Virus record (IMG/VR): IMGVR_UViG_3300032167_000006
Origin: a virus
Taxonomy: Duplodnaviria > Caudoviricetes
Length of the DNA: 64,000 nucleotides
Reading direction: 5' to 3' (one strand)
Translations under genes and position numbers: made by a program
The notes under the pieces: model-generated
Databases searched by the model: none
The model's input: the letters and a program-made list of their open reading frames with translations, nothing else
What the model was told of the DNA's origin: nothing
In this document: positions 51,401 through 60,900 of the stretch, piece after piece
Position numbering within the stretch: the first letter of the stretch is position 1
Layout: every line of letters begins with the position of its first letter

Positions 51401-51870
51401 TTACAGTTGCCCAGCCTCCTGTTCTTTATACCAACGAAGGTATACTTAGTGAGAGCAATAATATTGGATATAAATATGGTTATACGTTAGTTAATACTAA
51501 AAATAATAGCAATGATGAAGATTATATAGATGATACTCATTATATAACAGGTTATATCCCTTGTGTGAAAGGTAATACTATAACACTCAAAAATATTAGT
51601 TTCAGTGAATCTAGTGAAAGAATAGTTTGTTATACAGAAGAAAATGGCGTTTATACTCGTCTTTCACGTAGTACTGAATCTGATGCTATTATTTACGCAA
51701 ATGATGATGGTGCTATAACAGGACATCTTGGTACTATTAGCAGAGATATAGATAATAATACTGTAACTATAAATGTTACAGGTGGTACAAATGGAACAAC
51801 TAATTCAGTAGAGTATATCCGTATCTGCTCAAAGGATATTAATGAAAATTCTATTATAACTATTAATTAA
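48496..51870 (+). CDS. fibre-anchored calcineurin-like metallophosphoesterase with four C-terminal repeats
   Basis: FLSDAH, HGGDY, IGNHDD; N-terminal ILKVK/HKWNGTKL/GAPGKNG fibre motifs. Confidence 0.75.
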   Translation: MGILKVKDKDGNIVNLPAIGSSISHKWNGTKLTVTSSSGTTTTDLQGAPGKNGNDYVITSADKEEIAGMVQRSVEEGIPSYILESAEDFAHKVQSRQSGDSFTFAFLSDAHITKSRPYTITSALHAKQALQIINKRIPLDFIIHGGDYTWGEDSEDKNTTYDDFELYQELIGSAIPNVPNIHVIGNHDDLPYQPTGKRLTQSETFGIIGRKNLLANAVCNMGKNYGYVDIDNRKIRIIYLDTEDKRCLKTPDAANGEHPDNKYYFLNIHHISKEQLDFIASNALNFESKLPIKPDETDTEATKKWDEECKKELDKWSILFVSHWGINGHGYDWWKYPRIGTNADGNPIYDDFRCNIGTIGKMLEAYKRGKSFKDDIEHMNDDGTSTLKSASYDFSDRIYRVQNIFAAHGDSHNIDHELITGEVLSIGIPNVVNGRETVSRDGVKYTKTADTENGTAFTIITIDRENQKVYADCYGAGYDMEFNSNSILDMAGIMKDKYLAYPWNDVVQEDGSIKKVTRVDIYDKPGYKTTNYIPFQPGDVLRIKGISIKDDLDRINFYKSYNTASVNAPISHVTGPNSLKNQFFEVTISEDGYSCEILLSNSDSSFKNNARYLRICSSDIKDDAIITINKEITGSEVPEIPEDSTTEEPENPTPDDTNTIYYTTEGMLSKSKNIGYIKGYYLGEGGGDADAQLAIPENNATYYVTGFIPCVQNDVLRIKGITFDDALDRIALYGKDTDGNYIPLKRSSGEYDAIFALNKDENDNYIDNGLFNTYSITPNVENDIITIAFNAPTDIAAVRICASLINNNSTVTINENIGITYYTEEGILSKSNNIGYKQGYRLVDTKAGNPEDYVDTNYFVTGYIPVSKGDSIVIKGISFSSANDRLVCYTEENGTYTRLTRTSDGKTVDVILQANDSNGIARHFGTMKTETIDGASVITIRVTEGSEATSKGVEYIRICSSSINNTSVITVAQPPVLYTNEGILSESNNIGYKYGYTLVNTKNNSNDEDYIDDTHYITGYIPCVKGNTITLKNISFSESSERIVCYTEENGVYTRLSRSTESDAIIYANDDGAITGHLGTISRDIDNNTVTINVTGGTNGTTNSVEYIRICSKDINENSIITIN
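49950..51867 (+). repeat. four ~150-aa domain repeats
   Basis: recurring [YF]IP, IKGIxF..DR and RICxSxI..ITI blocks; boundaries approximate. Confidence 0.75.
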
Positions 51871-51917
51871 TATATTATTTAATAATATATTTAAATAATA
51901 AAAGGAGTTGAATAATA

Positions 51918-52904
51918 ATGACTAATTTACCTATTAGCGGTGAATTCAAAGTAACTGCAACATTTGGACAGCAAGGAAAATACTGGGCCAATGGCCATAA
52001 AGGTTTAGATATTGTTTGTTCGAATAAAAAAATCTATGCGACATGTGATGGTACAGTTCGTGTAGTTGCTTATGATGCAAATGGTTGGGGGCAGTATGTA
52101 TCTATTGGCGACGATAAAGGCAATAAACATCTTTTCTGCCATTTAGTAAAAGGTAGCGTAAAGGTAGTGGAAGGACAGAAAGTATCACGTACAACTGTTC
52201 TTGGTACAATGGGCACTACTGGTAATAGTACAGGCGTACATCTTCATTATCAGATTAATAACTCTAATAATACACCTATTAACCCATGTGATCATTTAGG
52301 TATTCCTAATGCTAAAGGTACTTATAATAGCAAAGATTTTCAGATCAGAGAATTATATAAAGATGATAAGAAGATTGCTTCTTGGGCTAAAGACGCTGTT
52401 TATAATCTTAAAGAAGTAAAGATTATGAATGGAGATACAGTTGGCAATTTTAATCCAACTAATAATATTACAAGACAGGAAATGGCTGTATTAGTTAATA
52501 GTTTATGTACTGTTAAAGGATATGCCTTCCCAGCTTCAACTGATCCTAATGCGTCTAAAAAATACGAAGACGATGCTACTATTGCAAGCTGGGCTAAGAA
52601 AGCTATATATGAATTAAAGAAAAAGAAACTCATGTCAGGTGATGGTACTAACTTTAATCCTAAAGCTAATATTACCCGTCAGGAAGCAGCAGTGCTTATT
52701 AATAATATTTATGCAAAACCAAATGCAGAAGCAGCAAAGTATGCTGATGATTCAAAGATTGCAAAATGGGCAAAAACAGCAGTTTATAATCTTAAACAAG
52801 CTGGTATAATGTCAGGTAAAGGATTTAATAAATTTGATCCTACAGGATATCTTACCAGACAGGAAGCTGCTGTACTTGTATCAGGTCTTATTAAGAAAAA
52901 ATAA
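51918..52904 (+). CDS. M23 peptidase with three SLH domains
   Basis: HKGLD, GTTGNSTGVHLHY; three Y.DD..IA.WAK.A...MxG....F.P...TRQE repeats. Confidence 0.88.
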   Translation: MTNLPISGEFKVTATFGQQGKYWANGHKGLDIVCSNKKIYATCDGTVRVVAYDANGWGQYVSIGDDKGNKHLFCHLVKGSVKVVEGQKVSRTTVLGTMGTTGNSTGVHLHYQINNSNNTPINPCDHLGIPNAKGTYNSKDFQIRELYKDDKKIASWAKDAVYNLKEVKIMNGDTVGNFNPTNNITRQEMAVLVNSLCTVKGYAFPASTDPNASKKYEDDATIASWAKKAIYELKKKKLMSGDGTNFNPKANITRQEAAVLINNIYAKPNAEAAKYADDSKIAKWAKTAVYNLKQAGIMSGKGFNKFDPTGYLTRQEAAVLVSGLIKKK

Positions 52905-52911
52905 TATTATT

Positions 52912-52935
52912 GGGGATGGTTTAATTACCATCCCC
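52912..52935 (+). terminator. stem-loop after M23-SLH gene
   Basis: GGGGATGGT-ttaatt-ACCATCCCC then T-rich. Confidence 0.7.
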
Positions 52936-52976
52936 TTATTATTTTTAAATATATTTTATGAAAGAAGGTATGAATA

Positions 52977-53831
52977 ATGACAAAAACAATTGGATTAGAC
53001 GCAGGGCATGGTTTACATACTGCAGGTAAACAAACACCAAATGGAATCAAAGAATGGATTTTAAATGATAAGGTTAGAGATAAGGTGGTAGAAATGCTCT
53101 CAGGGTATGATGTGAATATTATTCATACTGATAATGACGAAGGGACTGTAGATGAAGCTCTTAGAACACGTGTTAATATTTATAAAAATATTAAAGTCGA
53201 TGCATTTGTTTCAATACATCATAATGCTTATACTAGTAAATGGAATAATGCAACAGGCGTTGAAGTATTTACAGATAAAAATCCTACAAGTAAAGACAAT
53301 GAACTTGCAAATTGTATATATAGTAGATTAGTAAAATTTACTGGCCTTAAAGGTAGGGGTATAAAAAGAGAAGCTTTTACTGTAATAAATCAAAATACTA
53401 TTCCTGCTGTTTTAGTTGAAGGTGGGTTTATGGATAGTAATATAGATTATAAGGTTATCACTTCAGATTCTGGGCAAACTGCATATGCTAAAGCTGTGGC
53501 TGAAGGCTTAATAGAATTTTTAAATCTAAAAAAGAAAGTAAGTCTTACTAATAAATTATATAGGGTTCGTAAAACTTGGAATAATCCGTCCTCTCAAATA
53601 GGAGCATATTCTATTTTAGATAATGCTAAGAAAGCTTGTAAGAAAGGATATTCTGTATTTGATGATAATGGAAATATAGTATATTCAAATGCTTTAAAAT
53701 CAAATGAAGAAATCGCTAAAGAAGTATTAGCAGGAAAATGGGGTAATGATCCTGATCGTAAAAACAAGCTTAAAGCTGCTGGATATGATCATAAAGCTAT
53801 TCAAGCCATTGTAAATAAATTATATAAATAA
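52977..53831 (+). CDS. N-acetylmuramoyl-L-alanine amidase (Amidase_3) with CW_7 domain; endolysin
   Basis: LDAGHG, VSIHHNA, PAVLVEGGF; EIAKEVLAGKWGN..RK..L..AGYD..AIQ..VN. Confidence 0.9.
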   Translation: MTKTIGLDAGHGLHTAGKQTPNGIKEWILNDKVRDKVVEMLSGYDVNIIHTDNDEGTVDEALRTRVNIYKNIKVDAFVSIHHNAYTSKWNNATGVEVFTDKNPTSKDNELANCIYSRLVKFTGLKGRGIKREAFTVINQNTIPAVLVEGGFMDSNIDYKVITSDSGQTAYAKAVAEGLIEFLNLKKKVSLTNKLYRVRKTWNNPSSQIGAYSILDNAKKACKKGYSVFDDNGNIVYSNALKSNEEIAKEVLAGKWGNDPDRKNKLKAAGYDHKAIQAIVNKLYK

Positions 53832-53843
53832 AGCAAAAAATAT

Positions 53844-53867
53844 AGCAAGGGCAATTAAGCCCTTGCT
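53844..53867. terminator. bidirectional terminator
   Basis: AGCAAGGGC-aattaa-GCCCTTGCT with T tracts on both strands. Confidence 0.8.
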
Positions 53868-53880
53868 TATTCTTTTTTAA

Positions 53881-54813
53881 TTAAAATTCATGAAAATCTA
53901 CATGATCACAATTATCACATTCATATCTATATTTTGGTGGATAAGATGTAAGAACCATAGTTAAGTTTTTACGCACATTTCCTCCACATTTAGGGCATTT
54001 ATATTTTGGTTCTGAAAATTCAACTTGCATATTTAAATTACTCTTAAATAAGTGAGCATGATTATTTATATATTCTTCTCTATCTGCTAAAGTAGCTTGA
54101 GGATAATCTCCAGTTAATATACAAGTACCTTCTAAATAAGTATCAGATACTGTTAATGAATTAGATATACCTTCAGTTATATTTATAGGTTCTTCTATTT
54201 TATCGGTACCTGTAATATCTTCATCATTAATAATTTCTTTTAATCTTTCATTTATTTTAATACCGCTATATAAATTAGGTGAAGTTCCAAAATGTACATG
54301 TTTATTATTAAATACACTAAATGCATAATGCATTAATCTCGCTACAACTCTTAAAGGTACTTTGCCAGTACAAGCTCCAAAAGCTGGTATTACAATTGCT
54401 TTAAGATGGCATGTTTTTGCTTTAGCTAAGCAAGCATACGTACAGTCATAAATTACACGAGGATCAATAATTTCTTCTGGTATTCTCATTGTAGGAGTAT
54501 GTAAGATTACATGTTTACCATAGCATACTGCCATACATGAACCAACAGGTTGATAACCATAATATTTTGCATCTAATATTGTAAATACATTAGTCTGAGT
54601 CATTTCTCCTAAATATTCTATAATAGCTGCATCATATCCTCCGCTCATAACACCATAACTATTTGCAGGAGATACTATACCATCTATATCTTTATGAGTA
54701 TCCATAAAATGCCTAAAATTATCGTTAACAATTTTAAGTTCAAATGTTTCATTAAATACTTTTTTCCATTCAGCCACCATATCAGGATTTTGATCTAATA
54801 AATAAATTTTCAT
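53881..54813 (-). CDS. macrodomain protein with C-terminal zinc ribbon
   Basis: IVSPANSYGVMSGGYD, HTPTMR, PAFGACTG; CPKC...CDNC. Confidence 0.85.
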   Translation of the reverse strand: MKIYLLDQNPDMVAEWKKVFNETFELKIVNDNFRHFMDTHKDIDGIVSPANSYGVMSGGYDAAIIEYLGEMTQTNVFTILDAKYYGYQPVGSCMAVCYGKHVILHTPTMRIPEEIIDPRVIYDCTYACLAKAKTCHLKAIVIPAFGACTGKVPLRVVARLMHYAFSVFNNKHVHFGTSPNLYSGIKINERLKEIINDEDITGTDKIEEPINITEGISNSLTVSDTYLEGTCILTGDYPQATLADREEYINNHAHLFKSNLNMQVEFSEPKYKCPKCGGNVRKNLTMVLTSYPPKYRYECDNCDHVDFHEF

Positions 54814-54903
54814 GCTAAATTTCCTCTTTTCTTTAATTTTATTTAATTGTAAAAGATTACATATTTTTATAAATTAATTAAAGACAGATATTTGAAATAG
54901 CCA

Positions 54904-54916
54904 AACAATCTAATAA
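54904..54916 (+). promoter_or_regulatory. late-promoter motif
   Basis: AACAATCTAATAA upstream of 54934. Confidence 0.6.
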
Positions 54917-54933
54917 AAGGAAGGTGATATGAT

Positions 54934-57900
54934 ATGTCAATTAAAGTTCTTTCTAATATAGAACCAAAAAGACCAGATCTATATAAAGTTACTGATGGTG
55001 CATATGTTGGATACGAGAATGCAAAAATGGAAGGTGTAGATAATGTATCAGCTGCAATTGATAATATTTATGGTATTATTACAGCAGAGCCTACAATGGA
55101 ATATCATGCAGATTATCCAGAAAAACAATATTGGGCTTTGGATGATACACCAATAATAAATTTTATCTATAAAACAACTATACCTGGTAAATATACTATA
55201 AGTGTTACTCGTAATGGTATAGCAATACCAATAGCTGATAAACAACGTAGTGGTAGTGGTACAATAAGTATACAGTTACCAAAAGCTACAACTCAAGGTC
55301 TATTTGCATATGAAGTATCTATTGTAGATGGAATGGGTAATATTAATTCACTTAAATATACATTTATTTATGGTGGAGTTACAATCAGTTCTGATTTTAA
55401 TAATATTTTAAATAATAAAGTGTTTACTGTTGGAGATGATTTAACCTTTCCAATTAGTATATCATATGCGGAAGACGGTCAAAGAAATATTTCTTACTTT
55501 GTTTACGATTCTTCCGGTAAGGAAGTTAAAAAAGGTGTTAAAACTTTAGGCGATAAAGATGTAAATAATGAAACTATAGATACTGAATTTAAATTCACTA
55601 AAAAAGATTTATATACATTAAAATTAGAAGGTAATGTAAATAACGCATTATATTCAAACAAACTGGAATATTCATTTAATGTATTAAATCCTAATTCTAT
55701 AGCTGTAAGCATTACACAATGGCCTAAAAATAATCCAACAACAGATGATGCAATTTCTATAGGATATCGTGTTATTACAAATATAGATGAATTAAAAGAC
55801 AATAATGAATTATGCGCTATATTATCAATTTATAAAATAAATGATGATCTTACAGAAACAAGAATAAAATCGTTAACTACCCCACTTACTTCAGGCGATA
55901 TTAAAATGTGGAATATTGGACGTATATCATCTGATGGTAATTATAAATTAAAACTTGAAGGTGGTATAAATGGCGGTAGTATCACAGATGATATTATAGT
56001 AGACTCCATTCTATACAATTTAAGTATAGGTAAAGGCGGTAGTTCAAACTATTTAAATGATAGCCATTTAATAGCTTATTTTGATGCTAATGAAATGGAT
56101 AATGCTGATAAGGATCCATATATATGGGAATCATCTAAAAATTCTCAATACTATTTTAAATTACATGGATTGAATTATCAAACCAATGGATGGGTAACAG
56201 ATGAAAATGGGCAAAAAATGTTATCATTTACAGGCGATTCATACGGCGAAATGAGATACAAGTATACAGATGATAAAGGTAAATTACAAGATGAAGCATA
56301 TTGTCCTATGAATTATACTAATAACGGAAATACAATAGAAATATTATTCCGTAGTAAATGTATAGGTGAATTAGGCGCAAATGTTTTAACTTGTAGATAT
56401 GGCAACTCTACTGCATCTGGCGGATATATTTTAAAATATGATAATGTATCTATTGCTACTGTAGGAGATGAAAATATATCAAGAGTTATTTCAGAAGATC
56501 GTTGGACGCATGTATGTTTTGTAATCGATAATGATATTAGAGCAGAAGTAATAAAAGATAAAGTTAATTTAGAAGATTTAAATACATTTAATAGCATGAA
56601 GATATATATTGATGGATGCTTATCTGCATGTAACAGCATTGGTGATTGGAAATTTGCTGGTAATAATGATGAATCTTCAGCAAAGCAATTGTTACTCAAT
56701 GCTGCATATACAGGTTTAAATAGTTTTGGTGAATTCGGAACTTGTGATATTAAATTATTAAGAATATACGATAAAGCATTAACCTCTACAGAAGTTCTTG
56801 GTAATTATATTAGTAGTATAAGTGATATAGAAAAGAGAGTAGCAATACAAAATAAAAATAATATAGATTATGCTGATGTACCAGTCATTTATTTTATTAG
56901 AAATAAACAAGGCTATATTGGTGATACTGCTCCAGTAGAAAAAACATTTGCTACTTTAAATACCATTCAAAAGAAAGAAGGTTCTGGCCCTACATCAAAA
57001 AACTCATGGGTTAATTGTACCGTATGGTATAAGTACCATGATGATAGTGGTAACTGGTATACTGAAAAATATGAAGATGTAGATGTATATTTACAGGGTA
57101 CATCTTCATTAAAATATGCTGTTAAAAATTATAAAATTAAATTATATAAAAATTCAACAATAGAAGAAACTGGCGAATATGATGAAAATGGCAATCCTAT
57201 TATATTAAAAAAACACGGTGCAAAAAATAAAATAATACCACCTAATAAAGAAAATGATGCAACTTGGATTGTTCCGGATAGTACATATACTCTTAAATGT
57301 GATTATATGGAGCAATCTCATAAAAATAATACATGTACAGCCATTTTCTATGAAAATCTATTATCTGAAATTGTTAATACTGATGCAGTAAAAAATTATG
57401 GTGTTAATGATAAATATAGCGTTGCAAAACAACAAAAAACAACTTATTATGATGCTAATGGAGAAGAAATAACTGTAAATAAATTTAGAGATGCTATAAA
57501 TGGTTTTCCAGTAATATTATATTATAATGATAATTATATAAATGATAATACAATCGATCTTAATGAAACAGATGATTATGGCGGAAATACACAAGACGTA
57601 TATGCTGGAACTTATATGTTTAATGTAGATAAAGAAGGAAAACAATTAGGATTTGAAATAAATAGCGGTAGTAATACACCTTTAAGTTATACTGATGATG
57701 ATGGGAATGAAGTAGTATTAGATGATATTACATATGATATACTTCCATGTGTATCATTTGAAGGTACTACCAATATCGATACAAATGGTGCATGTGGATT
57801 TTATGACTACGATTTATTATCAGAAGACGATAAAAAGGGATTTTCTGATAAATATGCTTATATAGGTGCGACATTTGAACCTAGATTTACTTATGTCGAT

Positions 57901-60900
57901 GATTTAGAGAAAAAACTTGAAAAAAAATATAGAAATGAATTTATGTATGATGCTGAAGGTAATGAAACTAATGAGTATAAAACTTTAGTAGATGAAGTAA
58001 TTGCTAAATTTGTTGAAGAGGGAAAAGAATATACCGAAGATGATTTACAAACCGCTATAGATGATGCAGTAAACAATATCGTAACCCAAATTGTGGATAA
58101 TATAAAAAATCATGTAACTTTTGATAAAATGTACCAAACAATAAAATGGGTTAACGCAAATTGTAATAATGAGAAAAAGTTTAAAAATGAATTTAAAAAT
58201 TATTTTAGTTTTACATATTGTTTGGCTTATTATTTACAAATGATGGTATTTGCTCAAATAGACAATGCTGGTAAAAACGCTATGTTTGATACCTGGGGCG
58301 GTGTATTTTATCCACGTCCATATGATATGGATACACAGATGGGATTTAATAATATAGGAGAAGATGTAATTATACCATCTGCAGAAATAAATTGTTATAT
58401 GACTAAAGAGGAAATAACTGGTGATTTTAAATTATTTGCCTCTATTATTAGCGGATTGCCAGATGCGGATGGAAATGAATATGATCCAAATAAACATATA
58501 AGATTTAATTCATATAACACTCTTGTATCTAATTTATGGAATGCATTTGGTACATATTTCCATGAAGAAATAGCCAGTACGTATAAATATTTACGTGAAA
58601 AAGGAATATATAATGTAGATAATATATGTAGATTAGTAGATAGTTATACCACTGATATAATAGGGGAATCTTTTTATAATAAAGATGCAGTTTCTAAATA
58701 CATAAATGTGAATAAATACCTATTTGCTTGTCAGGGAAATAGAAGTAGTAGATATCGTAATTTTCTAGAGCAACGTATTATATTTTTAGATACCGTATAT
58801 AATTATGCTAAAAATAATTTAAATACAAATGCTGGTTTCCGTTCTGCTATAGTAAACGTTACAGGCGCTAATACTGGAGTGCTTGGTTTGACTACATATA
58901 CGCCTCAATATGTTAATATACGTGTAGGTGAAGAATGTGAAATAACTGTGTACATAGATCAAGACAGTAAATATAACTTAAATGGTACTGTTTATAACGG
59001 CGCTTTATTAACATTACCATTTGCAGGCCCTGATATATCTGTTATTATTTCTGGAGCTGGAAATATAAAAACTATTGATCATACTGCAGCATTATACCTC
59101 AAATCGTACGAAATAGAAAATTGTACAAAATTAAATAATATAGCAATTACAAATTCTTCTATGCTGGAATCTATTAAAACATTATCTAATACTTATTTAC
59201 GTAGCGTAAATTTAAGCGGTAATAGAAAATTAGTATCAGCTCTTACTTTGGCAGAATGTAAAAATCTTAAAGAAGTTGATATAAGCAATAGTGCTATATC
59301 AAGTATTTCTTTACCTGAAGGTGCTCCATTATCTTTAATAAATCTTAAAAATAGTAAAATAGGTTCATTAACTCTATCTGGATTACAATTTATTGATAAT
59401 GATGGTTTGAATCTTGAAGGATGTAATAATTTAACAACTTTAAAAATTTCAAATTGTCCAAATATAACAGAATTGGATATATCAAGTTTAATAAATCTTC
59501 AGGAATTAGTAATTGATAATATGCCAGGATTAGAGACATTAGATTTATCTTCAAGTAAATTAAATACTTTTAATATTACAAATTGTAATAATTTAAAAGA
59601 ACTTAAATTGGATGCTTGTTCTGGTAATGTGCTTAAAGACTTAAACTTGACTTCTTTGTATAGTTTGGAAAAATTATCTTTAAAAAATGCAACATGTTCT
59701 GACGGCATATTTATATCATTGCCGAAGTATATAAAAGAGTATGTTGATATGCCAAAAGACGAACAAGATAATCTAACTGAAGAAGAAAGAAAAGATTATT
59801 TATGGGGAGAGTCTTTAACCTATATAGATGTATCTGGTAGTAGTTTAAAAGAAATCAGATATGGTGGTCTTAAAAATGTAGATGATCCTGTTGCTGATAT
59901 GACTCAATTAACTAATTTAGAACGTACTACATGGGATAATTATAGTAATACGTTCAATAATTGTGGTATGATTCAAAAAATTATTAATTTTAATATTAAA
60001 GGTAGTTTGAGTGAAACATTTAGATATTGTAAGAGCTTAACATATGTTTCAGGTACTGTTGTAGATTGTACGTCTTTGGCTAGTAGCTTTTATGATTGTG
60101 AAAATATTGATGAAATTAATTTAACTTTTACTGATCCAAGACCTACAAATGCAGATAGTATATTTTACGCATGTTTTAATTTACCTGTAAGCTACATGAA
60201 TTCTATATTAGAAAGTAATACCACTATAACAAGTTTAAATAATGCATTTTATAAATGCTATAAAATAACAGGTGGTACAGTAGCTAAAGGCGGAATGCCA
60301 AATATAGCATGTTTACCAAAATTAAATTCAATGTATGGTGGATTTTTACGTTGCACTAATTTAAAATCAATACCGCAAGGATATCTTAATAATAATACTA
60401 AATTAACAAATCTAACTTATTGTTTTGGGGATTGTACTGCATTAGAATCAGTACCACATTCATTATTTAAAAATTGTACCGATCTTGAAGGATTAAGATC
60501 GTGCTTCACAGGATGCTCAGCATTATCATCATTTTTTGACAATGCAACTAATACGGAAATTAATCAGGAAGATTATAGTCCATATGATATTTTACCAGCA
60601 CCTGTATCAGGCACTAATAAAATAACAAATATATCATTTTTATTTAGCGAATGTAAAAATTTACAATTTCCTACAAACAAAAATGGAACCACTTATTCTT
60701 TATATGATTTCTTTAAAAATGCTAAAAATTTAACTCTTGCCGAAGGAACATTTATAGGATGCGGAAAGTTAACAGAAATACCAAATGGTGTTTTAAAAGA
60801 AAATACTAAATTAATATCTATTATTGGTATATTTAAAGCCACTGGATTGGAAAGTTTGCCAACCAATTTATTTGGTAATAAAACAGGAACCCATACATCT

